Notes: generated by a model from the sequence alone, not told the origin. Shown: positions 48,665 through 61,927, counted from the whole stretch's first letter. The stretch is 62,328 nucleotides of DNA, filler included, from 11 parts of 11 records of this genome joined end to end with filler, not necessarily neighbours in it, one strand, 5' to 3'. Numbers and translations: made by a program.

Positions 48665-50568
48665 TGCTGCTGCTGATGATGATGATGATGATGCACCGCC
48701 GTCTATATCGCCTGCAGCTGTGGTACCTCCAACGCCCCCAGCACCTGTACCTGTATTTGCGCGTAAGTCAGCCACGAGCGGTCCCAGCAGCATCTTGACA
48801 GTACCTGTGCTTTCGCCAGCGTTATCACCCAGTCCTGTGCTGGATCACTAGTTTCGGATGTGAGCACGGCGGCGCTGGTGTCGACACCGCCGCCGCCATC
48901 ACTGCCACCGCCGCCGACGACGACGAAGACGACGATACAGCAGCAGCCGAGACAGCCGCCGTTCGTCGTGCTGCTCAGCGGACACTTGCGGACATTTTGC
49001 GTCTCAGCCGCTTCTGTTGCCGCCTTTTTTGCGACGGACCCTCGCTTTCATGGCCGGCCACACTACGTTTTCCTCCACACATGGACCGAGATCGAGAGCT
49101 CTGAGGCCAGCTGGTGGAAGAAAGCTGGCGCACCTCCACCTGTAAGCTCACCTGCGCCTCATCTCTGCGTCGTGCCAGTACGATGTTATGCGCTTCGGCT
49201 GTGCATGGGAAAGGTTACCGCGGACTTCGTCCCAGAGGCGACGCTGCGAGACAGTACGGTGCGGGCCCTCCAGTCACATCACTACTGGTAATGTTGATGA
49301 GAGTCCACTCGCTACAACGTGCTCTCTCAATTCAGTGTTGAATTAATGATTGTTGTTCGACGATCCTGCAGCTCAACCCGTGGGCAAACTCAGATAGATT
49401 TGCATCACTTGTAGAAACCTATGACAAGTCGACCATACCGACACCTGCTGGGTCGCCAGCAGCGCTGTTTTCCCAGCAGTAAGCAGCAGAGCTCAACACA
49501 GCGCCTACACAGAGTGTTGGGGCTTGAAACAATGGGTGCTCTGGATTGTTTCGCGTGCATGCAGTGCACAATGGGAGACTAGGCGCCGGGTGCATCGATT
49601 TGCGCACAACTGGCTGTCAGAGCGTGGGATCACGTTGGACCCGGAAACGGTCGTCATTAAGACCCGGTAAGAGCCTTGAGGTCCCACAATCATAGGGCAG
49701 AATACTAGTATGCGTACAAGAGCACGCAGCATGGACATTCACTGTCACTGTTTCACCACACATATGGCTTCTCTATTGAAAGACAGTGGTGACTCATACT
49801 GATCCCTGCAGGCCTGATGCAAACTATCTGAACACCCCAGACCTGCTCGAGACGGAGACACTCTTCCGCCAGCGCCCAGACACGTTTCTCGGCTTTTGCA
49901 AAGGCGGCGACAAATTTTCGCACCGCATCGCCGACTCTGGTGCTCCTGTGCAACTGCCTGCCGCGCGTGCTTTCGAACGGCATTTGATGGAAATGCATTT
50001 CCGGCTTGCTTTGGTCTGCTTTGCTTTACTTTGCTTTCGCATGGAACGCATTAGTTACAGATCCAGTCCCATGCAAAGTTGTACATGTAGCTCTGTGTGA
50101 TGCTTCAACAAACCTGATCAATGTGTGTGCCTGTGTGGCATGGAAACAGCTTGGGTCTCGACCTTGCGAACATTTGAAAGGCTTGACGAGTTTGATTACG
50201 TTGGTGCGTCGCACCGTGGCTCCTCAGGAACGCGTTCTGTTGTGACTCGCGTGATCGATTCTGACGTTGCAGGCCAACCATCAATCGTGCTCAAGTCGAA
50301 GCAAGAGCCGGAGGTCAACATGGCGCAGATCCTAAAAGCGATGCGAATTGCGACGATTCTCGAGGTCGTTGGTGTACGATTCTGTCGTGTGAAATGGGGT
50401 GACGATGACAGTCAGGCAGCAAAAACAGTGTCGCTCGGGAATTGCCTCCAGCACTCGAAATGGGATCGGGATGCGAACAACCAGCCCAGTGGAACTGTGG
50501 TATCGTTGCTCCCTTGGCTTGAGAAGGCAGGAGACGACGCATTGTGGGAGACAGTGCCAGTAGGATAA
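48665..50568 (+). CDS. Uncharacterised protein, possibly a glycosyltransferase-like fold (5'-truncated, multi-intron)
   Basis: Pro/Thr stalk then VVLLSGHLRTF..YVFLHTW and VVIKTR|PD across an intron; final ORF ends TAA 50568. Confidence 0.55.
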
Positions 50569-50610
50569 ATCACGTTTCAAATTATCATTCTCATCGCGGC
50601 GGGTGTGTGG

Positions 50611-51618
50611 TCAAATTTTGCTCCTGCTGCTACTGCTTCCCGTTGCACTGCGGAGCTCAGGCTGAGTGTACTCGTTGAAGGACAGCCTCGACGAAGGGCA
50701 CCCGGAGACTGGTACCAGCTTGTGCCACTCGGCATCGTACGAAAGTACCCGCACCAGCGGGGGTACGACCCGAACAGCCAACCCGATCCTGCGTTGTGAG
50801 GTGATATTGGGCGCTGAGTGATGCAGCGTGCGCTCATTAAACAAAATAGCCTCTCCTGCGCGCATCGGAACGGCCACGGCGTCCGATGGGTTATACGCGG
50901 CTGGGTCTGCTCCCTTGACGAAGTTGGATGGAAGCTCGTCGTCTCGGCCGAGTGCTACATGCGGCACCACAGTTTGGTGAGACCCTGGGATAATCTGCAC
51001 GCAGCCCATCTCAGGTGTACTGTCGGTAACCGCTATCCATGCTGAAATCACCACCGCCGGCTCGAGAGGCCAGTAGTTGGCGTCCCTGAAGGGTCCAACA
51101 CCAGCGGTGGTCAAGGTTGCACATTGCAGCGAACGGGCAGAAGTGGTGCTTCCTCACTGGTGGAATGGGATCTCGCGTTGCAGTGGACTGCCCGAGTCGA
51201 CTCCATCCTTGACGAAGAAATTCGTTCGCCAGATAGACAGGTCGCCTCCGAGCAAGCTCGCCATCCGCCCTACAATTGCCCCGTGCGACGCCAGCTCCCA
51301 CACCGCTGCCTCGTGCTGGTGTGCATTGTGCCCCTCATTTTCCTCTTCGTCGAAGATTCGCTCGAGCTCCGCGCGCCGCTTGGCCATGCTGTCTGTACCT
51401 GCACCCCGAAACCGTGTCACTTTAGCAATCAAGTAGTGCATAACCGAACGACTGCACTGCAAGCCCAGTGACTGCTGGCGCATGAGCTCATATACTGAGC
51501 CAACGCGCAGGACGAATTCACTACACGCGGTGACAGACGTACTCATGAGCTCGAATGGAGGCAAATAGCCTCGCTCGTGAAATTGCAGCACTTCTGCTGC
51601 GCTCAGCGAGACTGCCAT
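50611..51618 (-). CDS. PhyH-family Fe(II)/2-oxoglutarate dioxygenase
   Basis: FHERGYL; IWRTNFFVK; PFHQ|DANYWPL (HxD across an intron); SAWIAVTD..GCVQIIPGSH; TLHHSAPN..RRIG. Confidence 0.9.
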
Positions 51619-52381
51619 CGCCCCCGCGCGCGCTCAAACCCCAGCAGCAGCGCCTCTAGTTTCACAGCTACACGGTGTGTGTGTACAGGAGACTGCCAAC
51701 TCAAAGCTGTAGATACCGTGCGCAAGCTTTCGGATCTACATTCACTGCGTGCGTCGACGGCGCCGCGTATACAAATACATCGCGTCCCATGTGCAATCTC
51801 GGATTAAAGTGTGTTCAAAGTAGCAATTAGACGCATATTATTTGAATTTAAATCACAACGAAGATATTCTCCAAGGACTACGAGACTATAGACACCAGCT
51901 CTGCAATCTGGGCACTGTCTCACGACGCATCATCTACCCTCTAATGTCTATGCCGGTGAACAGCTTGCTTGTGTACACTCAACACTGTATGCGATAAACT
52001 CATTCTCTATCTCCCCCCCGCCCCGCGCCAGCGGCAGAGGTCGCGCGGTGGGTGTGTACTGTCAGTCCAGGTGGTCACGCAGAAGTTCCTCGGAACGCCG
52101 AACATTCGGAGGTCAGGATGACAGCGGCACNNNNNNNNNNNNNNNNNNNNNNNNNNNNNNNNNNNNNNNNNNNNTTAATTAATTAANNNNNNNNNNNNNN
52201 NNNNNNNNNNNNNNNNNNNNNNNNNNNNNNAAGGAGAGGAGAATTAGATTCAGATTATACATCTTCTCTCTGCGTCGACCGTTGACCGTTGGCGCGTTGG
52301 GCGTTGGGCTCATTCATTTGCATTCGTGGCGGAGCGGCGCGCTGCGTGGCGGCGGATAGGATGGGCGGGCTGTGCTAGTCG

Positions 52382-54291
52382 ATGCCAGCCGAGAGCACGC
52401 TACACCTGCTATCCACCGTCTCGCTGTTCTTCGCGCAGCAGGCCGCCGCCAAGTTTGAGACGCTGCTCGGGGGGCTGGTGCAGCAGCGCGAGACGACGAG
52501 GGACATCCCGTCGCGAGTTGGAAGCGCGGCGGCGGGAGCGAAGGCCACGGCGGCGCCGGGCATGGGCGGAAGCGGCGCTGTTGGTACGGCCGGCAGGGCT
52601 GCCGGCGCGGCCGCGGCGACGTTTGCCACTGGCTGGGCGGTCGCCAACAACAAGGTCCCGCCGGCCACGGGGATCATTCCGTACGCCATCCTGGAGGCCG
52701 CGGCCGAGCTGAAGGTCAAGACAGAGCGCTGCGTGTTCGAGGGTTCGAACGTCGCGCTCGGGGTGCTGCTCCTGCCTTTTCACGTGCTCAGCTGCGGACT
52801 GCGCGCCCTTGGATGGGCCCGTGTCATGGTATGTATAAGACTGCTAGCAGCACACCATGCGCAATGTGTGCTTTCGCTCCCGTCTGGCAACGTGACACGA
52901 ATTGCTGGGTATCTGCGTGCAATGTGTGGGCGCAGCCGGAGGGCACAACACCGCTGGGTAGCGTGAGCGACAGCGCAGACGCGCAGCGCCTGCGTTTCGT
53001 GCAGCGCGAGCTGGCTGATCTGAAAGCCGAGATTAGTTTGATTCGCCAGGCTGCTCAGGCTGCACCAGGTGCCGGTGCCACACTGGCCCTTGCCGCCGCT
53101 CCGGAGCATCCCGCAGAGGTCGCTCGCACTTCGCCAGCACGTCGTCCGCTCCCACCGCCACCACCGCCACCGCCAGCTCAACCCAGTGGGTCTGCACCAG
53201 CGGTATCCAGTACACCAACTTCCGACGTTGTCCCTGCAATCTCAAACACGCCGGCTGATATGGATGGAAAGTGCGACTTGATGGCAGCGATCCGCGCTGC
53301 TGGGGGAAGCTTGCGCAAGGCAGCCTTGAAGACCTCCCAAATGCCGGAGGATGGCAGCACTGACGCAACCCCTGCAAAGCTCAACGATGGGCGACCTAAT
53401 ATGCGTTCTATTGTTCCTAGTACGCCACCTACACTACGTAAAGTGGCAGAGCACTCTCCCGGAGGAACGCCAATGGGGACGCCGCGTGCGTTGATACTCA
53501 TGTTCCATCTGCATACGTTGCTCTCACCTTTATACCTGACAGCGCAGTCCTCACCCCTTACATGCCGCTGTTTTCGAGCAGGATCATCAAGTACAGATGC
53601 ATCCAAGTCTCAGATACAAGATTTCCTCGGGTCTGCACTACGTGAGCGTTCTAAACGGATTCGCGGCATATCTCCCGCAAGCGACGACAGCGAAGGCGTC
53701 GGACCTATGCGGACGGATTCTGACAATAGTGCCTGGGCCCCAAGCCCACGAACAAGCCCAGAAATGCCACCGCGGATCAATGTGGATGCAGAAATCTCGA
53801 TAGGAGGGCAAACCAAACGAAAACGACAGTGCTCTTTCACAGGCATAGACCGGCGCAATACGCCGCTCAGCATGTCGTCACCCAGCAAAGCCAAACCTGC
53901 ACCGCTCCCCCGGTGTGCAACCAACATTATATGCCTCCCTCTGACCACCACACTGTCGCGTTTGATTCGTCAAATGTACGGTGCATTTCCAGGACTCCGC
54001 ATCCAGTCAAATCACAACCATCGGTCGACGGCAGCAGCTCCGCCGGGCAAGTCGGTACGCCAGCAGGAGCTGCTGAAGAGACGAGAACTGCACTGCAAGC
54101 GCGAGTGCGCACTCCCGCTGGCACACAATCGATGGCTGACGCTCCACAGCCCCCCTTGCCTCAAAGACCGGCGACAACGACAACAGCCGAACCCAAATCT
54201 AGTCCGGTACGCGTTTTGCATTGTGCATTGTTCGCATTCGTGCGTTCCAGTTCGTTTGACCGACACTCGTGTGGCCAGCACTGACAACTAG
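52382..54291 (+). CDS. MTFR/PRR11-like proline-rich protein with WH2-like motif; exon structure approximate
   Basis: Coiled coil QRELADLKAEISLI, poly-Pro, DLMAAIRAAGGSLRK, PNMRSI..LRKV..SPGGTP, FLGSALRER..DNSAW. Confidence 0.55.
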
Positions 54292-54764
54292 TGCAAAAGT
54301 CATGCGCTTACAATGTGATCTGTTGGAGTGAACAGGGCAAGGTAGCGAAGGTTGCATCAGAGACTTGGGAGGAGGGCAAAGACTACTACTAGAAAATCTG
54401 TGCGCACCAGTGAGCCGTACGCCTTAACGACGCCAATAAATAAAAACACAAACGACCCAGCGTTTTTCTATTTCAGTGCTAGCGACTGCTCTGGAGACTT
54501 GAACCCACAGCGAACAAACCTCTCGTTCATCATCGTCGTCCTGTCGTACAGTGGGGCCCGCAATACTTACGTGTATACATTTGACGAATGCATTTGCGAC
54601 ATTTGACTGTGACGTGTGTGCATATAAGATTGCAGTGCATGTACAAGGAATCTGTAGAGCATATTTGTGTGCTGAAGAGCAACCTTCAGGGAGCTCCGTT
54701 ATCGACTGGATAAACCTTCATCCATCACTGGTCGACACGACTGCTCCGTCGCTCCTCTGAGCGC

Positions 54765-57243
54765 CTACACGATAGCTCGGCAACTTCCTTTGCTCGTGCT
54801 AGGGGGTGTCCCCTCAGACAGCGACGAGAAACTTATTCCGTCAATAGAAATCGCCGCCACGCTGCCAGCTCCAGGTCGGAAGCTGCCTGCTGCCGTCCGC
54901 AAGCTGGGGTGTTGTTCGAGCTGGTCAATTTCTACCCGCAGGTGCACGAGCTGGCTCTCGGGCAGGCGCATTTCGTCCTGCATCAGTCGCAGTGTAGCCT
55001 GCTTCTCGCGAATCTTGGCTTGTATTGCAGCCGCTTTGGCTGCCTGTGGTGACTCAGGGCTTGCCAGGGGAGCGGGATAGAGCAACTGAATCGGTGGCGC
55101 AGACGGACGCAGCTCTTGGGCTGTCGATGTCAAGTGGCACTCAGACGCTCCAGCCGCTCGCTCCTTTGCCACCTCCTGCTGCAAGCTTATGCGCTTCACC
55201 TTAAGCTCAGTGATTTTTCTCCGATGTGTTGAGTCAGACTTACAATCAATACACCGCACGAAACAGCCCCAGCAGCCCCCAGCAAAGTAAAGCTCCAGCT
55301 CCTTGACCTGCCAACCCAAGCGCTCGATTTCGAGCTGCTTAAATTCAATTGGGCTTATTTTTCCATCGCCGTCAGTGTCAGCAATGGCTAGGTACGCCGC
55401 ATCGACATCTCTCAGCTCCTTGTTATACGCTCGCTCCGCCTCAACCAATTCAGATCGCTTCTTGTCGAGCTGTCGCTGGACCTTCGTCTTGGTTCTGCAG
55501 TCGAAGCACCTACGGCAACGGCCCGAGCAAGATTGGTCGAAGTAGCTCTCGAGTTCTTGGATTTCGTAATTGATGGCATCAACGACCTTCCCAGCTTCTA
55601 CAGCTTCCACGATTTCTTTTTGCAGCTTGTTCCATGTCTTGTTGTAGACAACTCGGCCTGAAATAGCACAACAGCAGCAGCCGCCACCACTACTACTAAT
55701 CAATGTCACAACCAACCACGTCCCAGTGGCAACTGCAGCCACTGCGGCCACGACAATCGCAGCCACAAGTGCATCCTCAAGCAAACTGTCAAAGAAGACG
55801 CAGCGAGGATTCACTCCCCGTGGCTGCGTCGACTCATCCAGATTTCGAAGCGGGCAAGTAAACTCGCTCTCACGAGTCGTCCACAGGAACCAGGTTGAAA
55901 ACCCTGTTGCGCATGTTACCGTGCATGTAGAACCAGACGGCACGGCGACACAGTTTGACATATACTCGTCACTGCTGTCGAGTCGGGCGCAAGGAACAAT
56001 CTCCCGGCACAGCGGGGGAACACCTGATACATCCTGATACGGGTTTGTGTTACCTTCCGGGCAACTAAACGACCACGCAGCTCCGGATGGAGAGTAGTAC
56101 TGGTTCACCGGGGACATGATAAAGCCATCACTGCAGCTGACTGGACAACTTCCTCCAGCAGGGACGCTGGTACATGCACTCAGATCCAACCCAGCGCGGT
56201 GCGTGAAATCGTTGGCACCCGGCGTAGCGGTGCAGGGAACCACTGGCAAACACACAGGCAGCACAGGGCCAGATGGTTCTGTCGCAGGTGATACATTGTC
56301 TCCCGGACAGGAAAAGGTAGTTCTCTTCCCAGCGAGCGAGAAACCACTCGCACAATCAATGGTACATGCCTTGCCAGGCATGACAGTGGCGCACTTCGAT
56401 ACATCAAACGCTATACCTGGACTTGATAATGCTGCACACCCAACAACTGGGAGCAATGGGAGCAATGTGCCTATCGGCTCCGTTGAGTAATCGACATTCG
56501 CCGTTGGGCACGTGAACTCTGAGGGTGGCCCTTTGAATTGCGATGTGGGCGTAACATAGCACGCAGAGCCAGCGGCAACTCGTGAACACGATGAGACGTC
56601 GTACTTGCCGACCGAATCTTGCAATGGTAGAGCAGCGCATGGCAGAACTGCCGCACAAGAAGGTAGGGTCCCGCTCGGCTCTGCATGCTCGTCAGTATTC
56701 ATCGATGAGCACTCCCACATCATCGGGCTTCCAACATACCCGGTTGCACATCCAACCGAGCAGCGGTCGCCTGCAGGCACTTCACTACATCCAGAGACAT
56801 CATATGCCGACCCCCGAGAGCTCAGTGATGCGCAACCAACAATGGCTGTACATGTTGCCAGAGTTTCATCAGCGCTCGGTTCCACTGTACCATCCGTGTT
56901 ATCAGAGGCACAAGCGAACATCGTAGACCCTCCGACATAGCCGGGAGCGCACAAAACAACGCAGCTATCACCTGCGTTCACGCTACTACAGCCTGCCACG
57001 TCATACTGGTCTCCTCGGGAAGACAGTGCCGCACAGCCAGCAGTAGCAGTGCACGTCGGCAGACTGCCAGACGGCTGAAATATTGCATCCACGTTGTCAC
57101 TTGGGCAGCTAAACGTGGCTGTTGCCGTGCCAGTGTAGCCTGTAGAGCAGCTGACTTCGCACTGCTCTCCCGCTGCGACAGACGCACAGTCAGAGACGTC
57201 AAAGGGCGCGCCGAGGTCGCTGAGAGCAGCGCAGCTGACTATC
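54765..57243 (-). CDS. Single-pass membrane protein with tandem sushi-like Cys repeats and cytoplasmic coiled coil/EF-hand-like loop (5'-truncated)
   Basis: About seven ~65-aa repeats CAAL..DVS.C..V.AG..C.V.C..GY.G....F.C..N....EP.G.LP.C; TM ALVAAIVVAAVAAVATGTWLVVTLI; CCCC; DTDGDGKISPIEF. Confidence 0.85.
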
Positions 57244-57545
57244 NNNNNNNNNNNNNNNNNNNNNNNNNNNNNNNNNNNNNNNNNNNNTTAATTAATTAAN
57301 NNNNNNNNNNNNNNNNNNNNNNNNNNNNNNNNNNNNNNNNNNNCGCTTGATTTTGCAGAAATGAGAATCGACCATGGCTACAGCTGTACCTTGTAAGAAC
57401 CTTCAGGTACCGAGTACAGTACTGAGGTGAAAACGGCTACTAGTAGTCCAAGGACGGACCGAATGGCGCTCGCCCTCCGTGGTGGTGCTGCCTGTGCCTC
57501 GCGCTGAGAGGACGGCGGCAGCAAGTGCCGAGCGAGCGTGGTAGC

Positions 57546-57611
57546 TTCGGCTGGCGCTGGTGCTGGTGCTGGTGCGGGCGCTGGTGCTGGTGCTGGTGCC
57601 GGTGCTGGTGC
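57546..57611. repeat. (TGCTGG)n-type microsatellite
   Basis: ggctggcgctggtgctggtgctggtgcgggcgctggtgctggtgctggtgccggtgctggtgc. Confidence 0.85.
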
Positions 57612-57892
57612 AGTTCTGAAAGCTCACTGAGAGATCTCTCCCTCACATCAACGCAAGCGGCCTTGGAGGGAGCGACCGCAGGCGGGTCCTCGGGTGCAGT
57701 GGTGGTTGGGCAGGGTGCGTGCTGAAGACGGAGCCGGTGTAACGCGTCGGGCTCGCGAGCCTGGAGGGCAGAGAGTGCTGCGAGCGGTCTGTACTAGTGC
57801 GCAGATGGTTGGCTCGGCAGCCAGTTCAGTGTGACTGGGTCGGGCTGCGGTCGAGCCAGCTGTAGTGAGCGCACAGGACAGACTGCGCAGCA

Positions 57893-60800
57893 ATGGGAGA
57901 GCTTGCGAGAGCCGTGTGGGGTGAAGCCAAGGGTTTCAGCGCAGGTTCTAATGCGTGGGTGCTGTCGCGCATCCACGCCAAAGGCGTTGCTGCAAGAAGA
58001 CGCGTCGACAGTGGGTTGGCCTATGACAATGCTCATCGCAAACTGCGGAGGGTAGTCAACTTGATCAGGCTGTCCCTGCGGTCTGTGCGTTTCGTAGCGA
58101 CCGGAGTGGCGCAGAGGCACTACGACATGACGGCTGAGACAGCGGTCGCAGTGAATACCCTCCAGCGGATCGATGGCCACCTCAAGCGGCACAATCAGTC
58201 TGCCCGTGACCTCTTTGAGCGCCTCGACGAAGACGGCGACGGAACGCTCACTATCACTGAGTTTCGAAAGGGGCTGACGGCTGAGCTAGGACTGAATTTT
58301 GAAGAGTCATGCATGCAAATTACGATGCGACACGTAGACGATAGTGGGGATGGGTTGCTCGACTGTGACGAGTTCTGCGGAAAGATGCGCCAGATGCTGG
58401 ACGCCGCAGGGTCCACACCGGTCGTCATCCTCTGCCGTCTCGGCACCTTTCTGCGAGAAAACAGGCTGTCAGCAGAGGTATTCGTGGCCAAGCTTGACCA
58501 AGATGGGTCGGGTTGCCTGGATCCTGCGGAGTTTGGCAGAGGGCTGACCGAAGTAGGTATCCGAGTGAGCGAGTTAGCAGCAAGAGCGGCGATGGACGAG
58601 TTGGACTTAGATGGTGATCGAAGCTTGCAGGTGAATGAGCTGGTCAGCAGCTTGGAGGAGTTTTCGCGACAGCGACGAGTGTTCGCTGCGACAGTGCTCG
58701 GGAGAATATGCGATCATGTGAAAAAGACACGCTCCAGTATGGTGCAGCTATTTGCGCACATGGACAGCGATGGATCTGGAAATTTGGATATGCTCGAGCT
58801 GCAGGAGGCTCTGCGGTGCATCGGACAGGAGTTGAATGAGATGGAGGTGAAAGAGGTCATTTCAGAACTAGGCACTGGCCACGAGAGCCTCTCTCCGCAC
58901 CAGTTCCTGGACAAGCTCAGAGAGTATGAAAAGGAGCGCGAGCGTGATTCTGAGAAGTGTGCTCGGCTGTTCGCGCAGTTCGACGCAGACGGCAGTGGGG
59001 AATTGGATCCGCAGGAGGTGTACAAACTTTCGCTCGAGATGGGCTTAGGTGCGCTTTTGGACGATGACACGTCTGAGCTGACTCTGGATAAGCTGATAGC
59101 GAATATTGAAAGCGCGAGGGACAATGACGAGGAAACCGAGGATGGGGGTGACGCAGAGGAGAGTGATGGTCTGGTGTCATTCGACGAGCTACTGTCATGG
59201 TATTTAACCGATGGGCGGTCGTACTTGCCGCCCCCAGAATACAAGTTGATGGAGGAGATAGATGATCCCACAGAGGAAGAACTCAAAGATCTATTTGCGT
59301 CCATAGACGACGATGGCTCTGGCCACGTTTGTCTGGACGAGGTCAAAGAGGGTTCGTTAATCAAGTGGCCGTATGTCGGCACGTCGTTAATTGAGCAGGC
59401 ATTCGCTACTGCCGACATGGACGGGAGTGGAGCTGTCACGTTTGACGAGTTCGATGAGCTGGTGCGGTGTATGCAGTTTCTGAACAAAAACCGCCACATG
59501 GTACGTGAGCTTTTGGAGCAGTTCGCGCATGGCGTTGGAAACGAGGAGTTCTACTGCGGGCTCGCAGCCTTAGGCAGCATACCGGTCAGCGAAACACAGG
59601 CGTCGAATTTTTTTGACGCCGAGTGTGTGAGTCTCGGCAAAGAAAAGCTGTCAGCCGATGACTTCATCAAGTGGGTATGTCGGTATGAGTGTATAGATGG
59701 TGTTGCAGAGGCGGTGCACGAGCAAGCTGAGCTCGCAAATGCAGCTATACATCTACAGGAACACATGTCGGAGTTCGGCGACATCTTTTTCGAAGATTTA
59801 GCAATGGTGATGCATTCGTCCAAGCGCAGCCGTGTTGCAGAGGTCCGCAAAACAAACGATCTGCAGGCGCGGATCCACGGAGCGAAACTGGAAGCCGTGG
59901 AACGTTTCCATCTCCTGCGTGACGGTATTGAGAAAGCGACACAACTGCGTGAAACCTTTCCGGATATATCTGATAGCGTGGTTCGCGACCTCGTGACTTG
60001 CTGTGAGTCAAAGGTATATTATAGCGGGCAGAATTTCATCACACAAGGAATGGAGGAAGATTCCTTTTACGTGATCCGTCGCGGCAAAGCAGACTTCATC
60101 GTCGACGACGCGTCATTGAAAAGCTTCGTTGCGGGCGAACCACTCGGAGAGATCGCGCTGATGTACAGCTCTAGGAGGTCTGGAACTGTGCGAGCAGCAG
60201 GCCCGGTCGAGGTACTGGTGCTCAGCCGGGCGGCATATGACACCTGCATGGCTCCGGTACCAGAACAAGATCGAATGGGTCCCCTGCTCAAGATTCAGCA
60301 CAAGCTGTGGGCGTTGTGTACAGGACCAGACGGCAGCAACAGGCCGGAAGTTGACTACGCCGTGTATCTCAAGTACCATCTTCGCGTCGCAAAATCATTG
60401 ACTAGTGCATCCGACATGGACGATTATGATGAAGCCGAGGGCCGCGAAATCGCACTAGAGGATTGGGCCGAGGACACACAGAGATTTGACTTGAAGGTCA
60501 CTGGCTCGTTGACATTGCCTATGTTTTACGATTCGGTGATTCAGATGGTCAGCCTATGGGCTGGAGGGTTGTCTCTGAGCTTCGTCGAGTTTTTGACCAT
60601 CATTTTCGACAACATTTCATTGTGGGTCCCGGGTACTGAAGAATACCCCGAGGGATACTGGGCCTTTCGGCCGCTCGACGAGATCGGTAGTAAGAGTGAC
60701 GAGGTCCAGGCCATTCAAGATGAAGCGAGGGAGCAGCAGGACGCGGACAGAAGGGCGAAAGAAGCTGCGGACGCCGATGCAGAGCGCCGCCGAGCGGAGC

Positions 60801-61927
60801 AGGAGACACTCGCCAGAGAGCGAAGAGAGGCCATGCGCTTGGCGCAAGAGGAGAGAGAGCGACTGGAGAGGCGTAAACAGTTCATGGAACAGCTAGATCT
60901 CCGCCTCGCTGCGCTGGCTAGAGAAGAAGCTTTGGCCCGCAAAAAACTCCTCAATTCCATTTTAACCCGTGCCGAGGAGGAGTCGTTGCGGAGGCAGCTG
61001 TCACAGTTTCCAGCCGCCCGGAACGAGATCCTGATTGAAATGGTGGAATATGACGAAGATGAGCTTGTCCGGTGCTTGACAGTCGGCGAGGTGACCTCAG
61101 AAGGGATGGAAGAGTCATATCGACAAGAGCTGGCGGACTGTACACGGGTCAAGCTATCCCTGAGGGTGGACCTGATCGAAACAGAGAAAGCTGAGACTGA
61201 ACGACTTTTGAAGACTGTTTTGGATCGGACGGGGTTATTACGCACAACCAACCAGCTGTCGTTGGATGACGAGCTAGCCCTCAAACGTAAAATGTGGCTT
61301 ACTCCAGACGAGGTAAACAACTTGGAGCACAGGCTGCCAGAAATCGAGGGGCAAGACCTCAAATTGCTACAGATCGCTATCCTTGATACCGAAGCAGACG
61401 AGCTACATCGTCGTATCGCAGCCGGGACTCTAAGCGTGGACCAGGAGCATGCAGCGCGCGAAAGAATATCTGTAGTCTTAGGAACGGAGCGAAAGAGAGT
61501 CCTGGACGAACTTCTACAACCTATCACGCTGCAGAAGGCGTTGAGGCTCTTGGAAAAGTTCCGGTGCCAGTTTAAGTGCAAATCTCGCACGTCCTGCCTT
61601 CGTGCAGAGGATGGTTCGTACCTGCTTTCCGAGATGGCTACGACGCTGATGGCAGCAGAGCTAGTGTGGTGCTCACAGCTAGCTGCCGTCGGTTCTGCCG
61701 CAACGAAGTCGAGCAACGCGACTCTGGGGGAGCAGGCTGAGCAAGTTCGTGCCGCCTTGAGCTCTCATGGTGGCGGACCAAGTGCCGACGCGGACGATGA
61801 AGAGGCCTTCACCCTCGCTAGTTGCATTGCCTTTGCTACTGAGATCGGACGCTGGCGTACCACGGTTGGCTGTGCTAGGACATCAAGCATCAAGCTAGGG
61901 GTTTTTCTTAACCACGCGCAGCTGTAG
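57893..61927 (+). CDS. Multi-EF-hand + cyclic-nucleotide-binding domain + coiled-coil protein
   Basis: 1344-aa ORF; about 9 EF-hand loops (e.g. DEDGDGTLTITEF, DSDGSGNLDMLEL, DMDGSGAVTFDEF); CNB FITQGMEEDSFYVIRRG..GEPLGEIALMYSSRRSGTVRA. Confidence 0.88.
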   Translation: MGELARAVWGEAKGFSAGSNAWVLSRIHAKGVAARRRVDSGLAYDNAHRKLRRVVNLIRLSLRSVRFVATGVAQRHYDMTAETAVAVNTLQRIDGHLKRHNQSARDLFERLDEDGDGTLTITEFRKGLTAELGLNFEESCMQITMRHVDDSGDGLLDCDEFCGKMRQMLDAAGSTPVVILCRLGTFLRENRLSAEVFVAKLDQDGSGCLDPAEFGRGLTEVGIRVSELAARAAMDELDLDGDRSLQVNELVSSLEEFSRQRRVFAATVLGRICDHVKKTRSSMVQLFAHMDSDGSGNLDMLELQEALRCIGQELNEMEVKEVISELGTGHESLSPHQFLDKLREYEKERERDSEKCARLFAQFDADGSGELDPQEVYKLSLEMGLGALLDDDTSELTLDKLIANIESARDNDEETEDGGDAEESDGLVSFDELLSWYLTDGRSYLPPPEYKLMEEIDDPTEEELKDLFASIDDDGSGHVCLDEVKEGSLIKWPYVGTSLIEQAFATADMDGSGAVTFDEFDELVRCMQFLNKNRHMVRELLEQFAHGVGNEEFYCGLAALGSIPVSETQASNFFDAECVSLGKEKLSADDFIKWVCRYECIDGVAEAVHEQAELANAAIHLQEHMSEFGDIFFEDLAMVMHSSKRSRVAEVRKTNDLQARIHGAKLEAVERFHLLRDGIEKATQLRETFPDISDSVVRDLVTCCESKVYYSGQNFITQGMEEDSFYVIRRGKADFIVDDASLKSFVAGEPLGEIALMYSSRRSGTVRAAGPVEVLVLSRAAYDTCMAPVPEQDRMGPLLKIQHKLWALCTGPDGSNRPEVDYAVYLKYHLRVAKSLTSASDMDDYDEAEGREIALEDWAEDTQRFDLKVTGSLTLPMFYDSVIQMVSLWAGGLSLSFVEFLTIIFDNISLWVPGTEEYPEGYWAFRPLDEIGSKSDEVQAIQDEAREQQDADRRAKEAADADAERRRAEQETLARERREAMRLAQEERERLERRKQFMEQLDLRLAALAREEALARKKLLNSILTRAEEESLRRQLSQFPAARNEILIEMVEYDEDELVRCLTVGEVTSEGMEESYRQELADCTRVKLSLRVDLIETEKAETERLLKTVLDRTGLLRTTNQLSLDDELALKRKMWLTPDEVNNLEHRLPEIEGQDLKLLQIAILDTEADELHRRIAAGTLSVDQEHAARERISVVLGTERKRVLDELLQPITLQKALRLLEKFRCQFKCKSRTSCLRAEDGSYLLSEMATTLMAAELVWCSQLAAVGSAATKSSNATLGEQAEQVRAALSSHGGGPSADADDEEAFTLASCIAFATEIGRWRTTVGCARTSSIKLGVFLNHAQL

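Noticed and set aside
51800-52130. AT-rich intergenic stretch as a tRNA or ncRNA
   Set aside because: No cloverleaf, Pol III box pair or convincing stem visible.
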